A stretch of DNA of 64,000 bases. It comes from Anaerolineales bacterium. GTDB lineage: Bacteria; Chloroflexota; Anaerolineae; Anaerolineales; UBA11858. The notes beneath the pieces are model-generated. The model was not told the origin of the DNA. It was given only the letters and a program-made list of their open reading frames with translations, and searched no databases. The position numbers were made by a program, and so were the translations under genes. Of this stretch, positions 28,517 to 38,218 are shown in pieces (the first letter of the stretch is position 1; the number at the start of each line of letters is the position of its first letter). The stretch is from the NCBI GenBank assembly GCA_050049875.1, contig JASFVL010000001.1, positions 987-64,986 of the forward strand, written 5' to 3'.

Positions 28517-30433
28517 ATGCCTAAGATTATTGGTATAGATTTGGGAACCACGAATAGTGTAGTGGGGGTTATGGAAGGTGGTGACCCGACAGTAATTCCT
28601 ACTGCTGAGGGTTCACGTTTGTGCCCATCGGTCGTTGCTTTCAATAAAAATGGTGAGAGATTGGTTGGGCAGACAGCGAAACGCCAAGCCATAGTAAATG
28701 CTGAAAACACCATATATTCTATAAAAAGGTTTATGGGTCGCCGCTACGATGAGGTAGAGACGGAACGGAAGATGGTTCCTTTCCAGGTTGTCAGTGGACC
28801 CGCGCAAGACGCACGTGTTAAGGTCCCGCTAACAGGAAAGGAATACAGCCCACAAGAGATATCTGCCATGGTTTTATCAAAATTGCGAGCAGATGCTGAG
28901 GCATACTTAGGGGAGAAAGTTAGCCAAGCAGTGATTACTGTTCCAGCATATTTTAATGATAGCCAACGGCAGGCGACCAAGGATGCTGGACGTATCGCTG
29001 GTCTTGAAGTTCTGAGGATTATCAATGAGCCCACTGCTGCGGCCTTGGCATATGGGTTAGATAAGAAAACAGATGAGACGATCCTAGTATTCGATCTTGG
29101 TGGTGGTACTTTTGATGTCAGCATCCTCGAAGTCGGCGAAGGTGTCATCGAGGTAAAAGCCACGAATGGTGATACCCATTTAGGGGGAGACGATTGGGAT
29201 GAGAGAATTGTTGACTATGTAGCAGATGAATTCAAACGCGAGCAAGGCATCGATATTCGTGAGGATCGTCAAGCATTACAACGTTTGCGTGAGGCTGCTG
29301 AGAAATCAAAGATTGAACTTTCAAGTGTAATGGAGACGGAGATTAATCTTCCTTACATTACTGCAGACGCTTCTGGTCCGAAACATCTACAAGTGAAATT
29401 AATACGTGCTAAGTTTGAACAACTTACAGAAGATCTAGTGGAGCGTTTACGTCAACCCTTTACTGCTGCTTTAGAAGATGCCAATATGGATCCTAAAGAT
29501 ATTGACGAAGTGGTGCTGGTGGGTGGAGCCACACGCATGCCAATGGTCCAAGATTTGGTACGTTCCTTAACAAACAAGGAACCTCACAAAGGAGTAAATC
29601 CTGATGAGGTTGTTTCCATTGGTGCTGCTATACAAGCTGGAGTTTTAGGTGGTGAGGTTAAAGATGTGCTTCTCTTGGATGTTACACCACTCTCTCTCGG
29701 AATCGAGACATTGGGTGGGGTTATGACGACATTGATTGAGCGCAACACCACTATCCCGGTTAAGAAAACAGAAGTATTTTCAACTGCTGAGGACAACCAA
29801 ACGGCCGTGGATGTTCATGTCCTTCAAGGTGAACGTCCGATGGCTAAGGACAATATGAGTCTTGGAAGATTCCGCTTAGAGGGGATCCCTCCTGCGCCTC
29901 GAGGGGTGCCTCAGATTGAAGTTACTTTTGACATTGATGCCAATGGAATTATAAATGTAACCGCGCAGGATAAAGCTACAGGTAAACAACAAAATGTCAC
30001 CATCACAGCAACAACCAATCTCAGCGAAAATGAGATCGATAACATGGTCAAAGAGGCTCGAGAGCACGAGGCTGATGATCGCCGTTTGCGCGAACTTATC
30101 GAGGCTCGAAATACTGCTGATAGTCTAATTTACCAAACTGAGAAAACGATTATGGAGTTGGGCGACAAGGTACCTGATGGTGAACGTCAGAATATTGAGA
30201 ACAAACTTGATGAACTTCGGAAAGCTAAAGAGAGTGATGATATCAACCGTATAAAACAGTTGAGTGAAGAAATTCAAAATGCTTTTCATGCGATCAGTCA
30301 GCAATTGTATGCCCAACAACAGACATCTGCCCCTTCCGCTGAAGGACCAACAGATGGGAACGGTAGGGGGCCATCCGATGGTGGCTCAGAGGATGAGGGG
30401 GAAGTTGTGGAAGGAGAATTTAGAGAAGCGTAA
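28517..30433 (+). CDS. dnaK: Molecular chaperone DnaK (Hsp70)
   Basis: [18 protein letters not shown] and [19 protein letters not shown]. Confidence 0.98.
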   Translation: MPKIIGIDLGTTNSVVGVMEGGDPTVIPTAEGSRLCPSVVAFNKNGERLVGQTAKRQAIVNAENTIYSIKRFMGRRYDEVETERKMVPFQVVSGPAQDARVKVPLTGKEYSPQEISAMVLSKLRADAEAYLGEKVSQAVITVPAYFNDSQRQATKDAGRIAGLEVLRIINEPTAAALAYGLDKKTDETILVFDLGGGTFDVSILEVGEGVIEVKATNGDTHLGGDDWDERIVDYVADEFKREQGIDIREDRQALQRLREAAEKSKIELSSVMETEINLPYITADASGPKHLQVKLIRAKFEQLTEDLVERLRQPFTAALEDANMDPKDIDEVVLVGGATRMPMVQDLVRSLTNKEPHKGVNPDEVVSIGAAIQAGVLGGEVKDVLLLDVTPLSLGIETLGGVMTTLIERNTTIPVKKTEVFSTAEDNQTAVDVHVLQGERPMAKDNMSLGRFRLEGIPPAPRGVPQIEVTFDIDANGIINVTAQDKATGKQQNVTITATTNLSENEIDNMVKEAREHEADDRRLRELIEARNTADSLIYQTEKTIMELGDKVPDGERQNIENKLDELRKAKESDDINRIKQLSEEIQNAFHAISQQLYAQQQTSAPSAEGPTDGNGRGPSDGGSEDEGEVVEGEFREA

Positions 30434-30516
30434 ATCTCTATTTCATGGATATCATTAAGTCCGACCGACACTCTCATTAGCGATTTTTGATATCCAATGA
30501 AGAAAAAATAGAATAT

Positions 30517-30561
30517 AGGGCATCTATTAAGGAAACCACATAATAGGTGCCCTTATGTTTT
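30517..30561 (+). terminator. Rho-independent terminator of dnaK
   Basis: 13-bp stem AGGGCATCTATTA / TAATAGGTGCCCT (one G-U pair), followed by TATGTTTT. Confidence 0.65.
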
Positions 30562-30623
30562 AAAAATGGTTCTCTAAATCCCCCATTTTTCCCTCTTCTA
30601 TGGGAGGCTTTTGAGATATTCGT

Positions 30624-31079
30624 GTGTTAGAATCTTGTGAAGTCAAGTTGGAAGATCTCTCCATTAATCGGATTACCGAATCAATGAACAAGCAATATCA
30701 TCCTGCTGTTATCTATTTTTTACCGACGGCGATTATCCTTTGTGTAATTGGCTGGGGTGGACTATTTCTTCTATTAATTAACACCTTACCAACGCTTGGA
30801 CCGCGTTGGCTTTTCTTCTTCTTTGGAGTTCTGGCTTTAACCGGGACAGTTTTACCTGTGATGGCTTTTCTAAATCGTCGATTTCCGAGTCAACCTCCTG
30901 CCACACGAATGACAATCCTTCGACAAGCTCTTTGGTTTGGAATTTATGTTCCAACACTAGCGTGGCTTCAATTAGGTCGAGCCCTTACCCCAGCACTGGC
31001 TTTTTTGTTGGCAATTGGCTTTTTTTTAATAGAGTGGCTTCTTCGGCTTCGAGAAAAGAGTCGCTGGGAACCCAATTAG
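30624..31079 (+). CDS. Hypothetical membrane protein (4 TM)
   Basis: Hydrophobic profile. The start is uncertain (GTG 30624 or ATG 30684). Confidence 0.55.
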   Translation: MLESCEVKLEDLSINRITESMNKQYHPAVIYFLPTAIILCVIGWGGLFLLLINTLPTLGPRWLFFFFGVLALTGTVLPVMAFLNRRFPSQPPATRMTILRQALWFGIYVPTLAWLQLGRALTPALAFLLAIGFFLIEWLLRLREKSRWEPN

Positions 31080-31134
31080 TGAAATATCGTTTATCGTCGT
31101 GGTTAAACATCCCAAACCAAACAAGGTGCCCTCG

Positions 31135-32496
31135 ATGTCTGAGCTTCGCTCCTTGCCCTCAGTAGATAAATTATCACAATCTCCATTAGTGAGTAAATTG
31201 ATCGTTGATTATGGTAGAAGAATAACCTTAGATGCCGTGCGATTAACCCTCGATAAGGTTCGTTCCGAATTTAAGAAGACTCATTGCATACCAGATCAGG
31301 AAGATATAATTTTACGGATAGAGTCGATGCTAAAGATTTGGACAAGGCTATCATTGCAGCCTGTAATTAATGCCACGGGGGTTATTGTGCACACTAATTT
31401 GGGTAGAGCGCCTCTAAGCATCAGTTCTTTGCAGGCAATTCATGAAGTATCTAATGGTTATTCTAATTTGGAATATGATTTGACATTAGGAAGTCGTGGG
31501 TCACGATTGTCCCATGTTGTGTCATTATTAACTCAAATAACTGGTGCTGAGGATGCACTTGTAGTTAACAATAATGCGTCAGCTGTTTTGTTAACTTTAT
31601 CAAGGTTAGCCCGACGGCGGCGGGTGCTAATCTCTCGTTCCCAATTAATAGAAATTGGGGGGGGATTCCGAATACCGGATGTGATGAAACAATCTGGCGC
31701 AAAATTAGTAGAAATCGGGACAACAAATCGCGTCCACCTTCGTGATTATGAGAAAGCTCTCCATGAGCAACCCATATATCTTGTGATGCGAGCCCATCGA
31801 TCCAATTTCCAGATTGTCGGATTCACAAAAGAACCGAAATTAGAGGAAATTACATCCATAGCACATAATAACGGTGTTCCTGTCTTGGATGATTTAGGTT
31901 CGGGTTCTTTATTGGATACTTCCCGGTTTGGATTGGCTCGTGAACCGATGGTACAAGATTCTTTAAATGCTGGTGCAGATCTGGTTTCCTTCTCGGGAGA
32001 CAAATTGCTGGGTGGACCACAAGCTGGGATTATTGTCGGAAGAGCTGATTTAATCTTAATGTTAAAAAAACATCCCTTAGCACGGGCAGTTCGTGCAGAC
32101 AAACTCTGTCTCGCAGCCCTGGGAGCAACATTGTTGCATTACTTAAAAGGAGAAGCTGTGAGAGAGATTCCCATTTGGCGGATGATATCAGCCAATGTTG
32201 ATAAGTTGCATGAACGAGCCAATAAATGGATGGATCTGATTGGTGAAGGGGATGTCGTTACTGGAGAGTCAACGGTAGGAGGAGGAAGTTTGCCTGGAGA
32301 GTGCCAACCATCATTTTTATATTCATTAAAGGTATCTCATCCAGACCGATTCCTCTCTCGATTACGAAATAGTACTCCCCCCGTGATTGCTCGAATTAAA
32401 GAAGAACGCGTGGTGTTCGATCCTCGCACCGTTCTCCCAGAGCAAGATAATGTTTTGATAGAAATCATCAGACAAACAACCCATAGTGGAGATTGA
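31135..32496 (+). CDS. selA: L-seryl-tRNA(Sec) selenium transferase SelA
   Basis: N-terminal LPSVDKL, the PLP-lysine context FSGDKLLGGPQAG, and C-terminal PPVIARI. Start moved to MSELRSLPSV (ATG 31135). Confidence 0.9.
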   Translation: MSELRSLPSVDKLSQSPLVSKLIVDYGRRITLDAVRLTLDKVRSEFKKTHCIPDQEDIILRIESMLKIWTRLSLQPVINATGVIVHTNLGRAPLSISSLQAIHEVSNGYSNLEYDLTLGSRGSRLSHVVSLLTQITGAEDALVVNNNASAVLLTLSRLARRRRVLISRSQLIEIGGGFRIPDVMKQSGAKLVEIGTTNRVHLRDYEKALHEQPIYLVMRAHRSNFQIVGFTKEPKLEEITSIAHNNGVPVLDDLGSGSLLDTSRFGLAREPMVQDSLNAGADLVSFSGDKLLGGPQAGIIVGRADLILMLKKHPLARAVRADKLCLAALGATLLHYLKGEAVREIPIWRMISANVDKLHERANKWMDLIGEGDVVTGESTVGGGSLPGECQPSFLYSLKVSHPDRFLSRLRNSTPPVIARIKEERVVFDPRTVLPEQDNVLIEIIRQTTHSGD

Positions 32497-32567
32497 AAGG
32501 TCGTCCAGAGACACGGGTAGTACTCAGATGAATTGAATGCCAATAAGAGGTGGTCAAAGGAAAGAGG

Positions 32568-33386
32568 ATGGAATCACATTCAAATGTTTTAGAGGTTCTA
32601 GAAGATACTAGCCGAACTTTTTTCATTCCTGTATCACGGCTACCCATCAGTTTACAGGAGACCGTAGCGGCAGCTTACCTATGTATGCGGGCAATAGACG
32701 AAATTGAGGACCATCCCAACATCGATAATGGTGGCAAAGTCAACTTGCTTCGGAAATTAAGCCTGATTTTGCAAGCACAAACATCTATGAGTGACGCATT
32801 GTTAAAGGAAATCGAGGCCATTTTCCATAACTATAAAAACCTCTTACCAGAGGTGACATTGCGTCTAGGTGAGTGGGTAGGGCATGCACCAAAGACAATT
32901 TCTCCGCGTATATGGGATTCAACAGCAGCAATGGCTGATCGTATGGCTCAATGGGTTGACCGAAATTGGTATATCCATACAAGAGCAGATTTGGATGGAT
33001 ACACCTATAGTGTAGCAGGTGCGGTAGGTTTATTGATGTGCGATATCTGGGCTTGGTTCGATGGCGGGCAGATAGACAGGATGTCTGCGATCCAATTTGG
33101 TCGTGGATTACAAGCAGTAAATATCCTTCGAAACCGAAATGAAGATCTTAAGCGCAATGTAGATCTATTTCCAACCGGTTGGGGAATGGAAGAAATGCTG
33201 GAGTATGCTCGCTCCTACTTGACTTTAGCGAAAATAGGCTCGAATAGCATGCCTCATTTAGCATATAAATATTTTGTTGAGATCCCCTTGCTCCTAGCGG
33301 ATGCTACACTGGACGTTTTGGAACGAGGTGGAGAGAAATTGTCTCGTAGCCAAGTAATTCAAATAGTTTATGGGGTTAGGACATAA
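32568..33386 (+). CDS. Squalene/phytoene synthase family protein (short form)
   Basis: TSRTFFIP, first Asp-rich motif AIDEIED, and second region LQAVNILRNRNEDL. Start moved to MESHS (ATG 32568). Confidence 0.7.
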   Translation: MESHSNVLEVLEDTSRTFFIPVSRLPISLQETVAAAYLCMRAIDEIEDHPNIDNGGKVNLLRKLSLILQAQTSMSDALLKEIEAIFHNYKNLLPEVTLRLGEWVGHAPKTISPRIWDSTAAMADRMAQWVDRNWYIHTRADLDGYTYSVAGAVGLLMCDIWAWFDGGQIDRMSAIQFGRGLQAVNILRNRNEDLKRNVDLFPTGWGMEEMLEYARSYLTLAKIGSNSMPHLAYKYFVEIPLLLADATLDVLERGGEKLSRSQVIQIVYGVRT

Positions 33387-33580
33387 AAACACAACAGTAT
33401 TGAACCTGTTCTCATTTATTTATGTTTGGTTGTATGATGTTAGTGTGGTTGACGCGGGACCTTCAGGGTCGTCGACCGTGCACCAAGAAGATTATTCATA
33501 AGGATATTTCTGTAGGACAATATAAAAAATTGAATAACATTAATGCATATTAGCTCAAATTTTTCACCTGGAGATAGTGG

Positions 33581-34819
33581 ATGAGATCAGACATCGATAG
33601 ACTCATGGAAGATCGCAACTTAGATGCTATACTAATAACAGGTCCGGTTCAGCATAATCCGGCGATGTACTATTTCACGGGAAAAGTCCATGTAACAAAT
33701 GCCGATTTGATTAAGAAGCGCGGAAAACCTCCCATTTTATTTCACAACCCTATGGAGCGTGAAGAGGCTGCACGAACAGATATTCGTACTAAAAACCTTG
33801 CTGAATATAGACTCAAAGAATTACTCGAGGAGTGCGATGGAGATCACGTAAAAGCACTCGCTATGCGTTACACAAAAATGCTTTCCGAGTTGGAGATCAC
33901 TCAAGGTCGTATGGCTATCTATGGAATGGTGGATGCAGGCAAATCATATGGGGTTTTTTCTACCTTGCAAGATATGTTGCCTGATCTCAAAATCATCGGT
34001 GAGGGTCAAGATTCTTTGATACTGAAAGCAATGGCGACCAAGGCTGAGGATGAGATTGAAAAAATTCGACGGATGGGTCATTTAACGACAGATGTGGTTA
34101 GCAATTTGGTCGATTTTTTAACCTCTCATCCGGTAATGAATGATGTGTTGATGAAATCCGATGAAACACCATTGACAGTAGGTGATGTGAAAAACCGTAT
34201 TGATCTCATGTTGGCTGAGCGGGGTGCAGATAACCCAGAAGGTACAATCTTTGCGATTGGTCGAGATGCTGGAATCCCACATAGCGCAGGTAATCCCAAT
34301 GATGTCATTCGTATCGGTAAAACGATTGTATTTGATATCTTTCCGAGTGAGTCTGGTGGAGGTTATTTCTACGATTTCACCCGGACTTGGTGTTTAGGTT
34401 ATGCACCTGATGAGGTTGTGGCGCTATACGAGGATGTTTTAGCTGTTTATCAAAAGATAATGGCCGAACTCAAAATCAATACACCATGTCAAACTTATCA
34501 GGAGCGTACTTGTGAATTGTTTGAGGAATTGGGTCACAAAACTGTGAGAGAAGATCCAACAATTCAAGAAGGCTATGTTCATAGTCTTGGTCATGGACTC
34601 GGATTGCACGTTCATGAACGCCCTTGGTTCGGTCAAGGTGCTAATGAGGATGATATACTAGCTCCAGGTGTAGTCGTAACGATCGAACCCGGATTATATT
34701 ATCCAAGTCAAGATATGGGTTGCCGCTTGGAGGATACGGTCTGGATGCGCCCTGATGGGCAACCGGAAATACTATCATCATATCCTCTGGACCTGATTCT
34801 CCCAATGCGAAGTGTTTAA
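33581..34819 (+). CDS. M24 family metallopeptidase (Xaa-Pro aminopeptidase-like)
   Basis: Pita-bread motifs VFDIF...D, HSLGHGLGLHVHE and VTIEPGLY. Confidence 0.85.
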   Translation: MRSDIDRLMEDRNLDAILITGPVQHNPAMYYFTGKVHVTNADLIKKRGKPPILFHNPMEREEAARTDIRTKNLAEYRLKELLEECDGDHVKALAMRYTKMLSELEITQGRMAIYGMVDAGKSYGVFSTLQDMLPDLKIIGEGQDSLILKAMATKAEDEIEKIRRMGHLTTDVVSNLVDFLTSHPVMNDVLMKSDETPLTVGDVKNRIDLMLAERGADNPEGTIFAIGRDAGIPHSAGNPNDVIRIGKTIVFDIFPSESGGGYFYDFTRTWCLGYAPDEVVALYEDVLAVYQKIMAELKINTPCQTYQERTCELFEELGHKTVREDPTIQEGYVHSLGHGLGLHVHERPWFGQGANEDDILAPGVVVTIEPGLYYPSQDMGCRLEDTVWMRPDGQPEILSSYPLDLILPMRSV

Positions 34820-34847
34820 ATCAGTTTGTGGATGAATCGATCTAAGT

Positions 34848-35951
34848 ATGCAGACATCATTTAGTTTCTTTCCTGATCAACAGCTTTCATTCATAGATGA
34901 AGATTCCCCCAAAAGGATCCTTGGGATAGAAACATCTTGCGACGAGACTGCAGCTTCCGTAGTGGAGAATGGGCGCCTTATCCTCTCCAGTATAGTGGCG
35001 TCCCAATCGGATCTGCATGCCAAATATGGAGGGGTATTTCCAGAAGTAGCTTCACGCCAACATATCCTAACCATTACACCAATTATTGAGCAAGCTCTCC
35101 GTGATGCTCATATGGATCTAAAGGAAGTAGACGCTATTGCTGTTACCCAGGGTCCTGGGCTACCTGGTTCGTTAGTAGTGGGAATAAATGTAGCTAAAGG
35201 TCTAGCTTTGGGGAGCCGTTTGCCGTTATTGGGGATTAACCATCTAGAAGGACATCTATATTCTGCCTGGCTTTATAAGACTGATGAAATTATTGATCAG
35301 ACTTCAGTAGATGTGATCCCTGAACCGCGCTTTCCGTTATTGGCATTAATTGTCTCAGGTGGTCATACAGAGTTGATCTTAATGCGTGATCATCTCATTT
35401 ATGAACGCCTGGGAGGCACTCTTGATGATGCTGCTGGAGAGGCATTTGACAAGGTAGCACGAATGTTGGGTTTGGATTATCCTGGTGGTCCAGAAATCGA
35501 ACAATCTGCTAAAGATGGAAATCCGGATAGGTACCAATTTCCCCGTGCTTGGCTAGAAGGAAGTTGGAATTTTTCATTCAGTGGGTTAAAAACTGCTGTA
35601 TTACGCACTATTCGTCGCATAGAAGAAAGGGATAAATTCCTACCTACTTCTGATTTAGCAGCAAGTTTTCAAGCTTCCGTAGTGGATGTCCTGGTTGAGA
35701 AGACGTTAAAAGCAGCTGAGGAATATCAAGTTGAGGAAATATTAATCGTTGGAGGAGTATCTGCAAATAAAAATTTAAGGCTGACTCTTCGTGATAAATC
35801 TCACGTTCCAGTTCATCTTCCGCCCCTAGAATTGTGCACCGACAATGCAGCTATGATTGCAGGCGCTGGGTATTATCGGTTTATTGCTGGCGATCGTGGA
35901 TCCTTGGCGATGGATGCACTTCCCACGTGGCCATTATCCGAACTCGCGTGA
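34848..35951 (+). CDS. tsaD: tRNA N6-adenosine threonylcarbamoyltransferase TsaD
   Basis: ILGIETSCDETA, metal site INHLEGHL, and SGGHTEL. Confidence 0.93.
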   Translation: MQTSFSFFPDQQLSFIDEDSPKRILGIETSCDETAASVVENGRLILSSIVASQSDLHAKYGGVFPEVASRQHILTITPIIEQALRDAHMDLKEVDAIAVTQGPGLPGSLVVGINVAKGLALGSRLPLLGINHLEGHLYSAWLYKTDEIIDQTSVDVIPEPRFPLLALIVSGGHTELILMRDHLIYERLGGTLDDAAGEAFDKVARMLGLDYPGGPEIEQSAKDGNPDRYQFPRAWLEGSWNFSFSGLKTAVLRTIRRIEERDKFLPTSDLAASFQASVVDVLVEKTLKAAEEYQVEEILIVGGVSANKNLRLTLRDKSHVPVHLPPLELCTDNAAMIAGAGYYRFIAGDRGSLAMDALPTWPLSELA

Positions 35952-36015
35952 GATTTGAATATCTTAGTTTGCATAGATAGTTAAGAGTGAATATGTACGA
36001 TATGGAGGTTTTGCG

Positions 36016-36267
36016 ATGGAAGAAAAAGCAGCAACGATTACTCACTACTTTAATAAGATAGGGGTAGCTGTCTTAGAACTGATTTCTGACTTAGAGGTGG
36101 GTGACAAAATTCATGTCCTAGGTTATACGACGGACTTCATCCAGGAGATTTCTTCAATGGAGATTGATCATCAAAAGGTTGAATCTGCTGGACCCGGAGA
36201 TGATGTTGCCCTTAAGGTTATTAGACGTGTGCGAAAAGGTGATGAGGTATTTAAAATCATTGAATGA
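36016..36267 (+). CDS. Small EF-Tu domain-2-like beta-barrel protein
   Basis: 83 aa. The pattern VGDKIHV...GPGDDVALKV...GDEVFK resembles translation-factor domain II. RBS GGAGG. Confidence 0.55.
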   Translation: MEEKAATITHYFNKIGVAVLELISDLEVGDKIHVLGYTTDFIQEISSMEIDHQKVESAGPGDDVALKVIRRVRKGDEVFKIIE

Positions 36268-36443
36268 CAATCATCAATTTCTCAGTGACGAATCATGGGT
36301 ATTAGATTAACAAATCCAATATCCGTTTTGATTAATGTCCCCTTTGTCATCTTGACCCCTATAGATTGAGAAATCCAAAAGAATACTTTTTCAAACAACT
36401 ATTATTGATCTAAAAGATATAGTGATTCTCTCGTATCTTAAAC

Positions 36444-36480
36444 AACCATGCTGCGGCCAGAATTAACCCGCAGCACGGTT
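36444..36480. other. 13-bp stem-loop AACCATGCTGCGG / 11-nt loop / CCGCAGCACGGTT (one mismatch)
   Basis: Read directly inside the 650-bp non-coding block. There is no adjacent U-tract. Confidence 0.35.
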
Positions 36481-36516
36481 TGCATATGAGGAGGAGAATG
36501 CAAGCTACATTCTGAC

Positions 36517-36548
36517 AAATTTATATAAATTTTATATGAATTATAGAT
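36517..36548. repeat. Perfect 16-bp palindrome AAATTTATATAAATTT embedded in three tandem AT-rich ~11-mers
   Basis: Read directly: AAATTTATAT / AAATTTTATAT / GAATTATAGAT. Confidence 0.4.
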
Positions 36549-36916
36549 AAATAAATGGTGAGACTTGGGGGTTTGAAGAAAATAGGGGGAGATGAAGTGA
36601 ACAATCCGATATTATGCGCCAATATTTTGGGTTCATAAGGTGGACTTTGAATCCAAATTTAAGATTTGTGTAATACACACTTAATAGATTCGTAAGCTCT
36701 GATATCTATCATATTGATTAATCACATTCTAGATGTAAGTATCCCTATTCAATGATTTGTGGATTATGTTTAATAATGGAGGTTTGATAGTATTCAAATA
36801 TATATCTGATCAGATGGCATAGGTTGGTTTTACATTCTCGGATTGTCAATTACTTGATAAATGAAGTTTGGAAGCGATTGGTAATAAAAGATCTTTACAA
36901 ATAGGAGAAAATTATT

Positions 36917-37273
36917 ATGAATAAGAAAAGACTAGTTTTATTTGCATTATTAGTTGTCAGTTTGATGGCGACTACAAGTGTAGCATTTGCTAAAAGAGGT
37001 GGCGAAGGTGGACGTGGAGATGGTCCTGTTATCTACGTAAAAGGTCAGGATTTGTTTTACGACTCAATAGTTACAGCCGACCCCCTACCTTTCAAAGGAA
37101 AATTCCAGAAGCTATATATGGGCACAAATGGTTTAACGACAAAATATGGACCTGGCGACCCCGGTTATTTAGGAGGTCGTTGGTGGGTTGACGCCAATGG
37201 CGATGGTGAAATGAATGAAGGCGATCATTTTTTCATGTGCCCGTTACTCGGTCCTGGCTTTGAAGGAGAGTAA
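36917..37273 (+). CDS. Small secreted protein of unknown function
   Basis: Signal peptide MNKKRLVLFALLVVSLMATTSVAFA. RBS AGGAG. Gly-rich mature N-terminus containing RGD. Confidence 0.6.
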   Translation: MNKKRLVLFALLVVSLMATTSVAFAKRGGEGGRGDGPVIYVKGQDLFYDSIVTADPLPFKGKFQKLYMGTNGLTTKYGPGDPGYLGGRWWVDANGDGEMNEGDHFFMCPLLGPGFEGE

Positions 37274-37321
37274 GTGTTGCTTAGCTTTCTAACCGATTGA
37301 GATATTTAATGGTTCGGAACG

Positions 37322-37354
37322 AAAAAATGGGTTCCTTGAAAGGAACCCATTTTG
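37322..37354. terminator. Bidirectional rho-independent terminator between convergent genes
   Basis: AAAAA-ATGGGTTCC / TTGAAA / GGAACCCAT-TTTT. The A-run and T-run flank a 9-bp stem. Confidence 0.7.
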
Positions 37355-37387
37355 TGATTTAAAATCACTTTCTTGTGCGCATATCAC

Positions 37388-37894
37388 CTATTTGTTGAAG
37401 ATCTTTTCGCCAGCGCGGATTGGAACTTTTAGACGGTTTTCGAAGGGAGTCAGTGGGCACGACCAAGCTTCGTTATATGCGCAGTACGGATTATATGCGA
37501 GGTTAAAATCTATAAGGAATTTTCCATTCGGCAGCGGTTCTGGCTCAAGATATCTTCCCGCTCCGTAGGTTTCTTTCCCAGCCAATAAGTCCACAAATGG
37601 TAAGAAGAAACCATGTTCATTGACAAACAGAGTCAATTCAGCTTTTTCTCCTTCTGCCTCAAAATTGAATTTGCCGTAACGCAAGTAGGTTTGTACATCA
37701 CCCGTAGAAGTCTGGATAGGGTTTTCTACTTTCTCGTCAAATTCATCAATTTCTACTTCTAAACGCAAGGCCGGATTCTCTGGGAAATATTCCAAGCCGG
37801 AAAAGTCTATTTTTTGCTCAGTTGTAAGCGGACTCTGAGGATGAGTACCAAAAAACTGATCTTTACCTAACCGGAACTGCCTCAATTCACTCAT
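37388..37894 (-). CDS. DUF1684 domain protein
   Basis: ETYGAGRYL, DFNLAYNPYCAYN and the SCPLTP...N pattern of DUF1684. Confidence 0.75.
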   Translation of the reverse strand: MSELRQFRLGKDQFFGTHPQSPLTTEQKIDFSGLEYFPENPALRLEVEIDEFDEKVENPIQTSTGDVQTYLRYGKFNFEAEGEKAELTLFVNEHGFFLPFVDLLAGKETYGAGRYLEPEPLPNGKFLIDFNLAYNPYCAYNEAWSCPLTPFENRLKVPIRAGEKIFNK

Positions 37895-38041
37895 TGTTGA
37901 TCTCCAATTCTTACAAATTAAATTTACAAATCCAATGTCTTACTAGTTATATGATGTGTTGGGAATGTTTTATCTTACTCCTTATTCCTCAGACCCAAGG
38001 TTGCCTGTCATTAAAAAATCGGACTCAATATTCGGCATTGA

Positions 38042-38087
38042 AAGATAAAACCGCCCCGTTAGAGGATCAAATCCTTTAGGGGCGGTT
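38042..38087 (-). terminator. Second (distal) terminator-like hairpin downstream of tsaC
   Basis: On the minus strand: AACCGCCCC / 21-nt loop with an inner AGGAT-ATCCT stem / GGGGCGGTT, followed by TTATCTTTC. Confidence 0.55.
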
Positions 38088-38163
38088 ATGTTGAGGAGTT
38101 GAATGCATATACCAGTATACAAGTTATCATGAAGCAAGAATGAAACCTGGATAAAAGATTGAT

Positions 38164-38202
38164 TAGAAAAACCGCCTCACAGCCAAGAATATTGTGAGAA
38201 GG
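38164..38202 (-). terminator. Proximal terminator-like hairpin directly after tsaC
   Basis: On the minus strand: CC..CTCACA / loop / TGTGAG..GG, followed by TTTTTCT. Confidence 0.45.
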
Positions 38203-38218
38203 TATCCAAAAGCTCGGG

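Noticed and set aside
28744-29163. 139-aa antisense ORF inside dnaK, plus several shorter ones
   Set aside because: Long stop-free antisense frames are a well-known codon-bias artefact of hsp70 genes. It lies entirely within a certain CDS.
30806-31165. 119-aa ORF overlapping the 30624-31079 membrane protein and the selA start
   Set aside because: It is an alternative frame of a clearer TM protein. It is Ser-rich and low-complexity, and it would collide with selA.
36486-36515. Mini-ORF MRRRMQATF beside a GAGGAGGAG Shine-Dalgarno-like run
   Set aside because: The SD-like run lies inside or only 1 nt from the candidate ATGs, which is the wrong spacing. At 9 codons it could be chance. It is noted only as part of the non-coding block.
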